IMG/VR virus record: IMGVR_UViG_3300028833_000057
Location: 203,827 to 267,826 of that record
Length of the DNA stretch: 64,000 bases
Direction: 5' to 3' (one strand)
Source of the DNA: a virus
Taxonomy: Duplodnaviria > Caudoviricetes
Under the pieces are notes generated by a model. The model was not told where the DNA came from. It made no database searches and saw only the letters and a list, made by a program, of their open reading frames with translations. Made by a program: the position numbers and the translations under genes. Below, one piece after another: positions 1 to 10,662 of the stretch (the stretch's first letter is position 1; each line of letters begins with the position of its first letter).

Positions 1-611
1 TTTACTTGTACAGCATTAATTGAATCTTTTATAGATTTAATGTATTCATTCTGAGAATTTGCTTTTTCCTTTTCAACAATATTGGAAAATTCTTCAAGAA
101 TTTTATTTATATTGCCTGCATCGTTTTGCTGCATAATAGCATCTTCAAATTTAAAAAGTGTAGCGTTAATATTATTGAATCTTTTTACTACAAAAGAATC
201 TGGAACATAATCTATGTTGGCTATATAATAAACCATAGAAGAACTAGACCCAGCTGCTTCTGTAGCTTTATTTTCTTCATTAGGCTTAGCATTAGTATTA
301 TTTTCTTCACCAGGTTTGCCAGAAATCTTCTCTTTAATTTTCTGATACATTCCTCTAATAAAAGAAATAAGCTTATTAAATAAATTGACAATAATATCTT
401 TAACTTTAAGTGCAAAGGCTTTTAAAGCTCCACCAACTTTCTTAGCAACATCTGCCAATCCTTCATTGGCAATAATAGAATAATAATCAATATTAAGGCT
501 ACATAATGTAGAATAATATTCCTGTGATGAATTCATTATAGTATTCATGAGTTCAAAATAACTACAAGTTTCTGTAGCCATAAGATTATGACGTAAATGA
601 TCTAAATACAT
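1..611 (-). CDS. Internal head protein paralog (truncated by window edge)
   Basis: Not in ORF track. ATG at 611 with GAGG RBS; reads MYLDHLRHNLMATETCSY...IIANEGLADVAKKVGG; same architecture as 27455, 38138 and 39181; open to window edge. Confidence 0.7.
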   Translation of the reverse strand, partial: MYLDHLRHNLMATETCSYFELMNTIMNSSQEYYSTLCSLNIDYYSIIANEGLADVAKKVGGALKAFALKVKDIIVNLFNKLISFIRGMYQKIKEKISGKPGEENNTNAKPNEENKATEAAGSSSSMVYYIANIDYVPDSFVVKRFNNINATLFKFEDAIMQQNDAGNINKILEEFSNIVEKEKANSQNEYIKSIKDSINAVQV

Positions 612-674
612 AAAATCCTCTTTAAAAATATTTATAATAATATGTAAAAAAAAAAATAAGGGAAATATTATCCC

Positions 675-1190
675 TTATGGTTGTACAATTGTAGCACTAT
701 CAAAATATAATCCGGGATAAGACCATCCCATATTTGCAAGTTTCTTATATAATTTCTTGCCTTTATCTGTAAGCTTAAAATCAAATAATTCTGTACTATT
801 TGCTAATACCCAAGTGAATTTACTATCTGAATCAAGTGGCATATATGAAGAGTATGCAAGCTTCAAACAAAAACCTTTAGCTTTTGCTGCTTTCATAATC
901 TGAATAGCAACTTTTGCAAGAGATACTGAAGCTTTGCAAGCATTAAATGTCTTAAAAGGCTTATTCTCATATACAACATAATTGCTAATAGTACCGACAA
1001 TTCCAAAATCGCATTCGCTATTTAGACCATCGGTACCACCACGTAATTCAATATACTTCTTGGATAACTTTTCAAATTTTTCAATAAGATCAGATCCAGC
1101 AATATCTTTTAAAACCGGAATAGGTATACACATTGTTAGATCATCTTTTGTCATAAAGAATTTATCTTCTATTTTAACCTTTGAAGACAT
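675..1190 (-). CDS. Hypothetical protein
   Basis: 171 aa ORF with RBS, ends at a hairpin terminator. Confidence 0.7.
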   Translation of the reverse strand: MSSKVKIEDKFFMTKDDLTMCIPIPVLKDIAGSDLIEKFEKLSKKYIELRGGTDGLNSECDFGIVGTISNYVVYENKPFKTFNACKASVSLAKVAIQIMKAAKAKGFCLKLAYSSYMPLDSDSKFTWVLANSTELFDFKLTDKGKKLYKKLANMGWSYPGLYFDSATIVQP

Positions 1191-1557
1191 AGGGCTTTTT
1201 CTCCCTTACTAAAAGTGTCTTATTAATTAAATAATGGCGAAGGACTTTAGAATATTTCTTAGGAATAGCCTTGGGTATAATCTCATTATTTTCCAATTTC
1301 TTTTGCCAATAAAGCCAAGAATTATATTCTACGCCATAAATCTCTTTAAAATCTTGTCTATATACTATTAACTGATTCTTAGCTTTTTCTTTATGTTTTT
1401 GATAAAATCTAGCAGCTCTAGCTGCTTGACTTTCTTTAGGAGTAAGTTTTGGCTTTGGTGCTGGTGTTGTCACATTCTTTTGAATAGCCAACATCTTTTC
1501 CCAAGAACTAGCAGTTTTCATTTTTGCTATTTGTTGTGCGGTTAACTTTTTTGTCAT
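1174..1557 (-). CDS. Hypothetical basic protein
   Basis: 127 aa Lys-rich ORF, overlapping operon arrangement. Confidence 0.7.
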   Translation of the reverse strand: MTKKLTAQQIAKMKTASSWEKMLAIQKNVTTPAPKPKLTPKESQAARAARFYQKHKEKAKNQLIVYRQDFKEIYGVEYNSWLYWQKKLENNEIIPKAIPKKYSKVLRHYLINKTLLVREKKPYVFKG

Positions 1558-1949
1558 GTATTTTCCAGTATTCCAGATAGAAGTTGATTCCTGATTGCTT
1601 CTAATGTTTCTTCATTAAAATCAATAGTATCTCTAACATTACTTAGATCGCTTAAAATTTGAGATCTTCGATCATGTTCTCTTATAGATTCGTCACTAAA
1701 ATAATCTGCATATTCTTCTAAGGCTGTACGTGTGTTTATATAATGCCTAGTGGATAAAAATTCTAATAAACCAAGTGCACATTTGTCACATAGTACATTA
1801 TTACGATTTAGTGGTGTCATATTTCTATTTGAAAGTATCATAAATGTACCTTCATTAGCTTTTAATCTGGCACCACATATACAAAATTCTTTATTAATCG
1901 TCAGGTTTTCCGGACGAAATATGTTCTTCTTTTTCAGTTCTTCTGACAT
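1554..1949 (-). CDS. Hypothetical protein with CxxC...CxxC zinc site
   Basis: CICG and CDKC motifs; ATGA overlap with next gene. Confidence 0.65.
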   Translation of the reverse strand: MSEELKKKNIFRPENLTINKEFCICGARLKANEGTFMILSNRNMTPLNRNNVLCDKCALGLLEFLSTRHYINTRTALEEYADYFSDESIREHDRRSQILSDLSNVRDTIDFNEETLEAIRNQLLSGILENT

Positions 1950-2187
1950 GATGAGTATTCCCTGCTATAATAAGAGATGTAATAATATATGCAATCAAAA
2001 ATCTATATGCCCAATGAATATCAAAGATTATTCCAACAAACTTGTAAAATATATAAATTATGCATGACAAAACTAGAATAAGATTCAGTTTAGGAATCCC
2101 ATACTTTTCAACGCACTTTATATTTTCATCATTCTTATTTTCCATACTTCCTCGCAAATGAAAAATTAATGAATCATGGAGAACCAT
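1894..2187 (-). CDS. Small membrane protein (likely start 2145)
   Basis: Two hydrophobic segments; GAGG RBS before MENK. Confidence 0.55.
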   Translation of the reverse strand: MVLHDSLIFHLRGSMENKNDENIKCVEKYGIPKLNLILVLSCIIYIFYKFVGIIFDIHWAYRFLIAYIITSLIIAGNTHHVRRTEKEEHISSGKPDD

Positions 2188-2214
2188 GATTCATTAATTA
2201 ATATAAGAGTCTAA

Positions 2215-4044
2215 TTAGACTTCCGTGTCAGTCGGGAGGTAGCTAGAAGTACCAGCGAAGCTATATTCACGATAGCTGTTGTTGGTAATCACGATACGGC
2301 CCTGGCATGCAAGGATCTTCTCAAAGGCATAACGTCTATGAGCAATGATACCCGGCACGTTCTGAGCATTCGGGTTGAGGTAGCCGTTACCCGGCTGTTC
2401 AACCGTGAAGCTGTACGGGAAGAACTTCATCGTCATCTGGTCTTCAGCAGTCGGGATGAAGTACACACGGAGGTTGCCCTGCGGAACGTTCGGAGAGGAC
2501 ACAACGTTGTAGTTGTAAGCACCACGGAACGTACCAGTAGCATACTGCGTAGGAACGCCAGCCATTTCACGACCATTACCTTCGAAAGACCAAGTCACTT
2601 CAGGAATGAGCATGGTATCGAGCGGGTTGCCGAGAATCACGAAGTAACCAACTTCGAAGTGGAGATGGTTAATGAGATCCTGAGCAAGATGATCGAGGAC
2701 GATTCTGATTTCCTTTCTCCATTCAGAAGGCGGAATCAGAGTATTGCCAACCGGCTTGGCAGAGAACTTACGGATAAAGCGACCGTTAGACTTGGTAAGG
2801 AATTCATCTGTGGTTTCATCAATGAACTTGATACCATCAAGGTCAAGCTTCTGAGCGAGAGTATTGGAGATGATGTCAACAACCTTGGTCACACCAGAGA
2901 AAGAATACATCTTCAGAAGGTCAGTAATGTATTCATTCGGCACAGTGGCACTGATGTGCGGAGCAGTAGCGACATGCACTTCCTTATCAATCACGTCGAA
3001 GTTGACTTCAGTCGTGTAGTTGTTCATAACAGAGGACACGAAGGCATCGATAACAACGTATTCAACCTTGCCACCAACAGAAGTGATGGTGAAACGACCA
3101 GACTGGAGATCAGCTTCAGCAAAGATCGTATCAATGATTTCAACCTTAACCTTCGGATCGGCACCAGTAATACCGAGAGAAGCAGAATCAACTTCGAGCT
3201 CAAGACGAACGAGATCCTTGAAGGAGTTGTTACGAGTAGCCATGTTGATCTTGACTTCAGCAATGAGGTCAGCATCTGAAAGCTTCTCGCCATCAACTTC
3301 GATATCAGCAGCAGTCTTACCAGCAACAACAGCACCATTATAAATAACGGTAGAAGTCTTTGCAAACTTCACCTGACGGACAGAAATGTCACGGTCAAGT
3401 TCGTCATTGTCCCTAACCTTATCGATAGCTTCAGCATAACCATCATTGGTAGCATTAGTATCGAAATCGGTAGCAGTGTCCTTGCCGAGTTCGTCAAGGG
3501 TCTTACCAGTGAGCAGGTTCACAGAAGCGAAACCGCCGGTAAGAGCGATAGGAACATCCTTAGCAAGCTGGATCTTGGCAACAGCGTCACCAAACTTGTC
3601 GAGATCTTCAGGCACGAAGAGCTTCTTGCCATCAGAGTTACGGATCCACGGCTGGAGGTAAGTAATCGTGAACTTCGGCTGTTCGACAGCTTCAGTCGGA
3701 AGAGCCTTCGGCATAGCGAGCTTAGCCCAAGACTTACGAAGCATCGGGTTAGCAAGGTAAGACATCGGAGCGATGTTACCGAGAGAAGCAGATTCGAGGG
3801 CAACTTCACGGTTGTTGTTAGCCATGATCTTGAAGTTATCAGCATCATCCTGATTGAATTCTTCAGCAAGCATGTCAACGTAACGAGAGAAGTAAGAGTC
3901 GTCACGGAGAACTTCCTGGAAGCCATCACCGAAGATGTTGATGTCCTGAGCCTTAAATTCATCATAAGTATTATGAAGAATCTGGCTAAAGCCGTCATTG
4001 ACGGACGCATTCGGGCGCGCAGCCTTTGTATACATAATAGCCAT
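2215..4044 (-). CDS. Major capsid protein (jumbo phage type)
   Basis: 609 aa; strongest high-expression codon bias in the window; propeptide ending in ALE|S followed by ..APMSYLANPMLRKSW.. as in phiKZ/AR9-like MCPs; late-type promoter upstream. Confidence 0.75.
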   Translation of the reverse strand: MAIMYTKAARPNASVNDGFSQILHNTYDEFKAQDINIFGDGFQEVLRDDSYFSRYVDMLAEEFNQDDADNFKIMANNNREVALESASLGNIAPMSYLANPMLRKSWAKLAMPKALPTEAVEQPKFTITYLQPWIRNSDGKKLFVPEDLDKFGDAVAKIQLAKDVPIALTGGFASVNLLTGKTLDELGKDTATDFDTNATNDGYAEAIDKVRDNDELDRDISVRQVKFAKTSTVIYNGAVVAGKTAADIEVDGEKLSDADLIAEVKINMATRNNSFKDLVRLELEVDSASLGITGADPKVKVEIIDTIFAEADLQSGRFTITSVGGKVEYVVIDAFVSSVMNNYTTEVNFDVIDKEVHVATAPHISATVPNEYITDLLKMYSFSGVTKVVDIISNTLAQKLDLDGIKFIDETTDEFLTKSNGRFIRKFSAKPVGNTLIPPSEWRKEIRIVLDHLAQDLINHLHFEVGYFVILGNPLDTMLIPEVTWSFEGNGREMAGVPTQYATGTFRGAYNYNVVSSPNVPQGNLRVYFIPTAEDQMTMKFFPYSFTVEQPGNGYLNPNAQNVPGIIAHRRYAFEKILACQGRIVITNNSYREYSFAGTSSYLPTDTEV

Positions 4045-4148
4045 AGTATTACCTATATAGATTATTGTGTTTGCTTCCGGGGAAATCCTAAACTAACCCT
4101 ATAGTCAACGTGTGGCTACATTTATAACGAGTTAGACAGAAGCGATTC

Positions 4149-4160
4149 TAATATTGAGTT
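4149..4160 (-). promoter_or_regulatory. Late-type promoter of capsid gene (AACT-N6-TA)
   Basis: Matches recurring WACW-N6-TR motif; ~105-nt leader to ATG. Confidence 0.5.
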
Positions 4161-4294
4161 AGATTGGAGTTGTGTAAAGTTTAATAATTTTGCGTCGTAT
4201 GGCTATTATTTTAGAAATTTTCATAAATTGTATATAAATAAATAACTAAATAATTTACTTATAAAAAAAATAAAAGCTCTAATGAGCTTTTATT

Positions 4295-4672
4295 TTAAAC
4301 TAGAGTATAATATTCGACAATATATGCTATATTTTCATTAGCATCAACACCACGCCAATAATTTCCATCTTCTTCAATGTCATCATCAGGTTCTATTGAT
4401 CCTTGATCTTCAAGTTCTTTTATAGCAGTTTTAAATGCTCGCTTACACTGTTTTTCACCGCCTATAGCTACAATTCTTACATCAGGGTCTTCTCTACTTG
4501 CACCATAAGCTTTAACTATAGTAGTTACATATAGATGCTCTACATGTTTTTTATACATAAATGCAGATCCATCTAATCTATTTTCATCATGATATGCCTT
4601 AGCAGTATCTGAATCTAAACAGATAAAAGTATTTGGATCTTTAGTTACTAATGTTATTGATAATTTGGGCAT
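4295..4672 (-). CDS. Hypothetical protein
   Basis: 125 aa ORF with GGAG RBS. Confidence 0.7.
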   Translation of the reverse strand: MPKLSITLVTKDPNTFICLDSDTAKAYHDENRLDGSAFMYKKHVEHLYVTTIVKAYGASREDPDVRIVAIGGEKQCKRAFKTAIKELEDQGSIEPDDDIEEDGNYWRGVDANENIAYIVEYYTLV

Positions 4673-4685
4673 AAAACATTCACTC

Positions 4686-5006
4686 CTATTTCATCATGTC
4701 TTTAATATATTCTAATGCCTTATCAAAAATCTCTTCATTTTCGCATACTCTTGTATCATAAAAAATACTTCCAGTTTCATATGCATTAGGAAATCCTAAT
4801 TCTTCGAAGTAATTCCCTGCTTTACAACGACGGGAACTTCCCTGAAAATCAAACATGAAACCATGATCAGTTTCTGATTGCCTTACATGTAAACTACAAC
4901 CTTTTGCTTCTACATTAATAGTCTTAAAAGGTGGTTGATCTATCTCATCTTTATTTTCGTCAACTTCTACTTTGAAGTATTTTGCAAGTTTATTTATATT
5001 TACCAT
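4686..5006 (-). CDS. Hypothetical early protein
   Basis: 106 aa; AGGAG RBS; TTATATTAA motif upstream at 5047-5055. Confidence 0.7.
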   Translation of the reverse strand: MVNINKLAKYFKVEVDENKDEIDQPPFKTINVEAKGCSLHVRQSETDHGFMFDFQGSSRRCKAGNYFEELGFPNAYETGSIFYDTRVCENEEIFDKALEYIKDMMK

Positions 5007-5089
5007 AATGGCTCCTGGAATATATAACGAAATTGTTATACGATATTTAATATAAAAGAGATATAGGGACTACCTATATCTCTTCTAAA

Positions 5090-5878
5090 TTATTTTTGAG
5101 GGTTTTGTTTTGCTTTTCTGACTTTTTCAAGCGCAGCAACAAACGTCTGAATTTTCTTATTAATAATTTCATATAATTCTTCAAGCTTTTCTTTATCTGC
5201 AGTCTTGAAATTTAAAGCCATAGCAAATTCAAGCTGACCAGATGTCTTAATTAATTCTTGCTTAATTCGAAGTACTACATTTCGATCTTCAATGCTTAAG
5301 GCATAATCTATGAACCCCTGCATACCATTAATAAGACTTTCAGTCATTGCAGCTAGTCTTTTATAATTCTTAAATAGATGAATTCTTTCACTTATATCCT
5401 TATTCTTTTCATCTTTTTCTTCTTCATTTTTATGTGGTTCAACATTACCCGAACCACCTGCTGGTGTAGAGCTACCACCGCCACCAGCATCTGGATCAGA
5501 TCCTTTAGTGTAATCTGGATCATTACCTTCATCACTACCAGCATCTGGGTTGCTATCATCTCCACCTGCATTGGCATCAGGATCGCTTTCAGAATCTTTA
5601 TCATTACCACCGGCATCAGGATCATTATTTTTATCATCATTGCCAGCATCAGGATCATTATCTGCGTCATCATCGTCTGCACCAGCATCTGGATCATTCG
5701 CATCTGCTTCAAGTGCATTAGAAAAAGTACTAGCAAATTCATTACTGAATTTATCTAACTCATTAGCAAAATTTATCGTTTTGGAGTTAAATAATTCCTG
5801 AATAGCATCTGAACGATCCATTTCGGACATATTCATAAAGTTGTATAAGAATTCATCATTCATAGTGTACCCTTGCAA
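5090..5878 (-). CDS. Acidic DPDAG-repeat head/scaffold-like protein
   Basis: Repeated (N/D/S)PDAG units, ALE|A protease-type site, helical C-terminus, near MCP. Confidence 0.5.
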   Translation of the reverse strand: MQGYTMNDEFLYNFMNMSEMDRSDAIQELFNSKTINFANELDKFSNEFASTFSNALEADANDPDAGADDDDADNDPDAGNDDKNNDPDAGGNDKDSESDPDANAGGDDSNPDAGSDEGNDPDYTKGSDPDAGGGGSSTPAGGSGNVEPHKNEEEKDEKNKDISERIHLFKNYKRLAAMTESLINGMQGFIDYALSIEDRNVVLRIKQELIKTSGQLEFAMALNFKTADKEKLEELYEIINKKIQTFVAALEKVRKAKQNPQK

Positions 5879-5920
5879 AAATAATGTGCAAGAGAATTTC
5901 TCTCTTGCACTTTAGTTAAA

Positions 5921-6226
5921 TTACTTAGACATCTTTTCCTTCAGAGCCTTAGCATTGCGGAAAGAAACGCTAGAGCTGGCCTGAATATCGACGTAGGTCT
6001 TCTTGATCGGATCATAACCCTTGCGAGCCGGACGATCCTGCTTCTTGAAGACACCGAAACCATCGATACGAACGGTCTTCTTTTCCTTGATATGATCAGT
6101 GACAGCATCAAAGACAGCCTTGATAGCGGTGGCAGCTTCAATCTGAGTAATCTTCAAAGTAGAAGCCACTGCACGACGGAGTTCAGTAGCCGGAGAATAT
6201 TTCTTGGAAGTTTGCTTGTTAGCCAT
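5921..6226 (-). CDS. hup: HU/IHF family DNA-binding protein
   Basis: VRIDGFGVF..RPARKGYDP..SVSFRNAKALKE signature. Confidence 0.93.
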   Translation of the reverse strand: MANKQTSKKYSPATELRRAVASTLKITQIEAATAIKAVFDAVTDHIKEKKTVRIDGFGVFKKQDRPARKGYDPIKKTYVDIQASSSVSFRNAKALKEKMSK

Positions 6227-6359
6227 AATTGTATCCTTTGTTTTTGGATGTGAATGAATTTCAATTTAGTGTTTTATTCGTAAATAATGAATTTTATATT
6301 ATAAATAGAAAATTCTTATTAACGAACATATCAATTGTTCAACCTCAAGGAGATACTCA

Positions 6360-7838
6360 ATGAGTATGTTAACAGAATGGTATGCTCAATACCAGGCTAA
6401 AAATCCCGAAGTATTTAATGAGAATTTCATATTTAATAGAGATAAAGAAGAAAATATGAAATCCATCTTAGAATCCATAGCCATGGCTCTAGAATCTATT
6501 CCTAACATTAAGTTCACTGGCTGTGAAATTGAAGAGGACGAATCTAAGTTTACGGATTTGCATAAGATTGAAGAATCAAGATTGATCCAAGCAACCTTAT
6601 CTTTCCATATAGAGTGCGAAGATTCTGCTACAGGTGAAATTGAGAAACAAGATGTATCTATAAAATTGTTATTACCCAAGCTTATAGATAATTTCTATTA
6701 TAAGTTAAATGGGGTAAGATATTATGCCATTTATCAAATGATTGATAAAGGTACATTCAATATCAATAACGGCTACTCTCTTGGCCTCAAAACTATGTTA
6801 ATGCCGTTTATGCTAAATCGTAACGACATTGAAATTATCGACCTAGAAGGTGAAGTTCATAAGGGTCGATTAATGGAACTGGATGTTTTTAGAAGAAAAG
6901 TAAATATCCTATTATACTTTATATCTGAATGTGGTCTTGAAGAAACATTACAGTTCTTTGGTCATCATGAATCTATTAGATTAAGTGATAGACCTGAATC
7001 TGAAGAGGACGAAATAGGTTTTGAACTGCGCAAGAAATTACTTTACTTGCATGTTAAAAAAGAATTCTTAGATGAGGATAATTGGTTTGTATCTTCACTA
7101 GTTCATCTCTTTATAAAGAGCAAATGTAGTTCCATAGAAGAAGCATCTCATCCCGACTTCTGGAATTACATCTTAGGTAAAATTTATACACCAAACAAAG
7201 ACCAGGCAATTAAGAAAGCATATAAGATTCATTGTTCCGTCCGTCGTATTCTAGATAGTTGTACTGTTGAAAATATGGTACATGTTGATCCAAGAGATAA
7301 AAAATCTATCTATCATATCTTTAGATGGATGCTAATCTATTTCGATCAGTTATCTAGAGAAGACAATATGGATCTAAAGAATAAGCGCTTAAGACTTTTC
7401 GAATATATACTTTACCCGTTAACGAAAAAGCTTTCAACAGAAACGTACAGATGCTTAAATACAAAGAAACTCACAATGAAAACATTGCTGTCTATCTTTA
7501 GTAATATTAAGCCAAATCTATGTACAAGACAACTAATTACAAGCGAACTTCTTAGATATGTTAACTGTGTTAATTGCTTAGACTTATTCTCTTCTGCAAT
7601 GAAAATTACACAGAGTGGGCCTCAAGGTTTATCTAGTACAAACGTACAGACAAGATACAGAGGTCTTCATCCGTCTTATATAGGTAAAGTTGGACTTCAT
7701 GCAGCATCTGCAGGTGATCCCGGTATGGTACTGACTATGACGCCATTTGCCCAACTCGACGGTCTGTTCTTTGATAAAACGATTCAATATAGAACGGATA
7801 AGAACTTACCAGATGATATTCATCTTCTTGAGTTCTAA
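6360..7838 (+). CDS. Multisubunit RNA polymerase, beta N-terminal subunit
   Basis: LPKL..FYYKLNGVRYY.IYQ and RGLHPSYIGKV..AGDPG correspond to RpoB F.INGTERV..SQ and RDVHPTHYGRVCP..EGPNIG. Confidence 0.88.
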   Translation: MSMLTEWYAQYQAKNPEVFNENFIFNRDKEENMKSILESIAMALESIPNIKFTGCEIEEDESKFTDLHKIEESRLIQATLSFHIECEDSATGEIEKQDVSIKLLLPKLIDNFYYKLNGVRYYAIYQMIDKGTFNINNGYSLGLKTMLMPFMLNRNDIEIIDLEGEVHKGRLMELDVFRRKVNILLYFISECGLEETLQFFGHHESIRLSDRPESEEDEIGFELRKKLLYLHVKKEFLDEDNWFVSSLVHLFIKSKCSSIEEASHPDFWNYILGKIYTPNKDQAIKKAYKIHCSVRRILDSCTVENMVHVDPRDKKSIYHIFRWMLIYFDQLSREDNMDLKNKRLRLFEYILYPLTKKLSTETYRCLNTKKLTMKTLLSIFSNIKPNLCTRQLITSELLRYVNCVNCLDLFSSAMKITQSGPQGLSSTNVQTRYRGLHPSYIGKVGLHAASAGDPGMVLTMTPFAQLDGLFFDKTIQYRTDKNLPDDIHLLEF

Positions 7839-7862
7839 TAAAAATAAAATAGCAGACAACTG

Positions 7863-8132
7863 CTATTTTATTTTTTCAGCAATATGAATACAATTCATAC
7901 AATTAGAGTAATGATTAGGAAAGCTCCAGCATGTCCAACATCTATCACAAGACTGCCTTGCTTTTTCTATTTTTCGCATCATTATATTTTTAGGATCATT
8001 ACGTTCCTTCAAATATGCAGCTTTTCTTCTTTCATATATCTCTTTATTTTCTTCTGAAACAAAAAAGAAATTCCAAGAATCCGGATCTGCTATCCGCACG
8101 ATATTATTACTATCGTCTGTAGGTTGATGCAT
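7863..8132 (-). CDS. Small Cys-rich protein
   Basis: CDRCWTC...CMNC. Confidence 0.55.
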   Translation of the reverse strand: MHQPTDDSNNIVRIADPDSWNFFFVSEENKEIYERRKAAYLKERNDPKNIMMRKIEKARQSCDRCWTCWSFPNHYSNCMNCIHIAEKIK

Positions 8133-8133
8133 A

Positions 8134-9249
8134 CTAATTCCTCAATTTAATTGGATCATATTTCATTGAAAGAGTTTGAATACGAACATCGCCGGAAATT
8201 GCGATATATTCAATTATACCGTTATTTAAAACGCCTTTAAAGCATGTATATTTCTTTCTCTGATAAGTAATTACGCATATGCCCATTTTAATAATTCTCA
8301 GGAATGATTCTTTTGCACCGTCAATAAAGCTATTAAAATCATCATCTGTATCAAATGTAATTATATGCGTATCATTACTCTGAATATAAATACTACCAGT
8401 GTTTATATCATAATTTACCATTAAACCTAAATTCTTACGACTATTATCATCAAGCATATAATTTATATCATCAATAGTACTTCTTAATTTCATAAGATCT
8501 ACTTTGACTTTATTTACGCTATCTTTAACTTTTAGCTTTAATTTATTATCTTGGTGATAAGATTTAACGGTAATATTATTACCTATGCCATCATTAAGAT
8601 TAACTTTTAAGTTAAATTGAGATATACCTTTATAATCTGTAATCTTTGTATCACTTTCAGACATAATCGGTTCTATATCATAAGTATTGATACACATAAA
8701 ATCTGCATCTGCATTTATGTCTGCAAAGCTTACTATTTTATTATAAAGTACAATTAAATCTCCATAGCCATCTAAATTGATAATGTAATTTTTATTATCA
8801 AAATTTTCCATAAATGGCATGGTATCTATAAATTTATAGAATCCTTCTTCAAAATCAAAAAATGCATATCTTAGATTTACTTTTCCAAGATTAGTTTGAT
8901 AAATAATTTTACCTTCCGGCGTTACATTAAATCTTACAATTATGATAGATTTATTATTTACTGCTTTATATTTTATCAAATTAGCTTCTCTTGGAGCATA
9001 TAATAATGATATACATATATTATCTGCTTCTGTAGATACTTCGCCTTTATTTAATACTTCTACATACTTTAAATAAAGGCGTTTATTACCATTTAAAGGA
9101 TAAACTTCAGTAATTGGCATATTTCCTTGTGAAAAATATTCCAATACTTTATACATTTTTTTCCAATGGTATCTTAAGAGATATAAGTCATAAGGCTTAT
9201 AATCTCTTATCCATCCTAATAGTAAGAGTAATTTACGTAGTGTTTTCAT
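8134..9249 (-). CDS. Hypothetical protein
   Basis: 371 aa ORF. Confidence 0.7.
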   Translation of the reverse strand: MKTLRKLLLLLGWIRDYKPYDLYLLRYHWKKMYKVLEYFSQGNMPITEVYPLNGNKRLYLKYVEVLNKGEVSTEADNICISLLYAPREANLIKYKAVNNKSIIIVRFNVTPEGKIIYQTNLGKVNLRYAFFDFEEGFYKFIDTMPFMENFDNKNYIINLDGYGDLIVLYNKIVSFADINADADFMCINTYDIEPIMSESDTKITDYKGISQFNLKVNLNDGIGNNITVKSYHQDNKLKLKVKDSVNKVKVDLMKLRSTIDDINYMLDDNSRKNLGLMVNYDINTGSIYIQSNDTHIITFDTDDDFNSFIDGAKESFLRIIKMGICVITYQRKKYTCFKGVLNNGIIEYIAISGDVRIQTLSMKYDPIKLRN

Positions 9250-9472
9250 ATTGCTTTGTTGGTTAGATCAAGATTATGTTAAATACCAAGAATAATTACT
9301 TTAGGCTGCAAAAACGAAAATTTCGCATAATAATCTTAAATAATTTTAAATAAATATTTTTAAATAAAAATATTAAAAAATAAATAATAAAAATATATTT
9401 AAAAATATAATAATAAAAATTTTTAAACTTAAATATGATAAGAAAAATATTCAAAATTAATAGGATAAATTT

Positions 9473-10654
9473 ATGGCTTCTTCTAAATGTTTTATAGAAT
9501 TAGATCCCTATATAAAAGCTTCTTTATCTAAACCTGAAAATTTAAAAAAGCTTTTAAATCATATTAGAGATTATTTAGGTAAAAATGCACAATTATTAGC
9601 AAAAGCATCAGTGGAAGAAAAACCTGGATTTTCTGTTAATGAAGATCAGCAGATAGTATTTGATTGTATGGGTATTGATAGACCTATGGTACTTGATGTT
9701 CTTACTAGAACGACGCAAAATGATGTACATAAAGGTTGGGCAGTATGGCAAGGTGAACAGTACTTGGCTTTTGCAATGTGTATTAGATATTTTGAAAAGA
9801 CAAAGAACAAGCAAGCATCACAGTTAATGCAGTTATATTTTGACATGCTTTGGTATAATGCATTGCATCGTAAGTACTTTAAGTATCCTCCAAAACATGA
9901 AGTAATGGAATATACAATTGCAAATTTATCAAATAAATATGATATTAAGCGTATTGGAAATCTTATAGGTACTTTAAGAAAAATCTCAGATAATAATCAT
10001 AAAAATGCATTATCAAGATTGTTATCTAATGAAGATGACAAGATATTTGTATATCAACGAGATCTTAGAACACGTCTTAATGGATTTATTAAAGCATTAT
10101 CTATACAATATTATGCAAACTATGAACAAGGCAATTATCTTAATGTAGATAAAGATAAAAATTCTGATGACGAAGGTAATGAATATTCAGTAGATAGAAA
10201 ATCAGATTCTGCGGCACTTTACAATGCAGCAGAAAGTTTTAGTTTATGGTTTGTTACTAATAGACTTAATGATCGTTTAGTTAAGATCTGTTCAGGAATT
10301 AGTCCTGAAATATCTCCCTTTAAATTCTCATCTGTTTTGAATGGAATTAAAGAAGATACAAAAGGTCGTTTAAAAAATATAGTTATAGGATTACTTGAAC
10401 AGCTTAGTGATATTCATGGCGATGCTACATTTAGAGCAATACATACGAAAGAGTTTCCTATATTCTGTATCCGTATGTTATCGAAATCTAATTCCAAGAA
10501 TGAATCTATAAATATGGTAAAGAATAATATAGATAGTTTACTAAATGATTATTGTAGTACATTTAAGACTACAAAAAGAGAAGCAACCAAGATTAATTAT
10601 AGAAAGGCCTTGATGTCTTATATAGCATTTGGTATTCAGCTTCAAAGAAAATAA
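9473..10654 (+). CDS. Candidate sigma-like promoter-specificity subunit of non-virion RNAP (AR9 gp226 / phiKZ gp68 type)
   Basis: 393 aa, helical and basic; YTIANLSNKYDIK segment recalls this family; lies near RNAP subunit genes; recognition from memory only. Confidence 0.45.
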   Translation: MASSKCFIELDPYIKASLSKPENLKKLLNHIRDYLGKNAQLLAKASVEEKPGFSVNEDQQIVFDCMGIDRPMVLDVLTRTTQNDVHKGWAVWQGEQYLAFAMCIRYFEKTKNKQASQLMQLYFDMLWYNALHRKYFKYPPKHEVMEYTIANLSNKYDIKRIGNLIGTLRKISDNNHKNALSRLLSNEDDKIFVYQRDLRTRLNGFIKALSIQYYANYEQGNYLNVDKDKNSDDEGNEYSVDRKSDSAALYNAAESFSLWFVTNRLNDRLVKICSGISPEISPFKFSSVLNGIKEDTKGRLKNIVIGLLEQLSDIHGDATFRAIHTKEFPIFCIRMLSKSNSKNESINMVKNNIDSLLNDYCSTFKTTKREATKINYRKALMSYIAFGIQLQRK

Positions 10655-10662
10655 ATAAAATA

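Noticed and set aside
2338-4010. Long antisense and alternate-frame ORFs inside the capsid gene
   Set aside because: Expected shadow of strong RNY/GC3 codon bias; no RBS or recognisable motifs. The same applies to shadows in 41374-41969, 44205-45138, 48599-49415 and 53682-54743.
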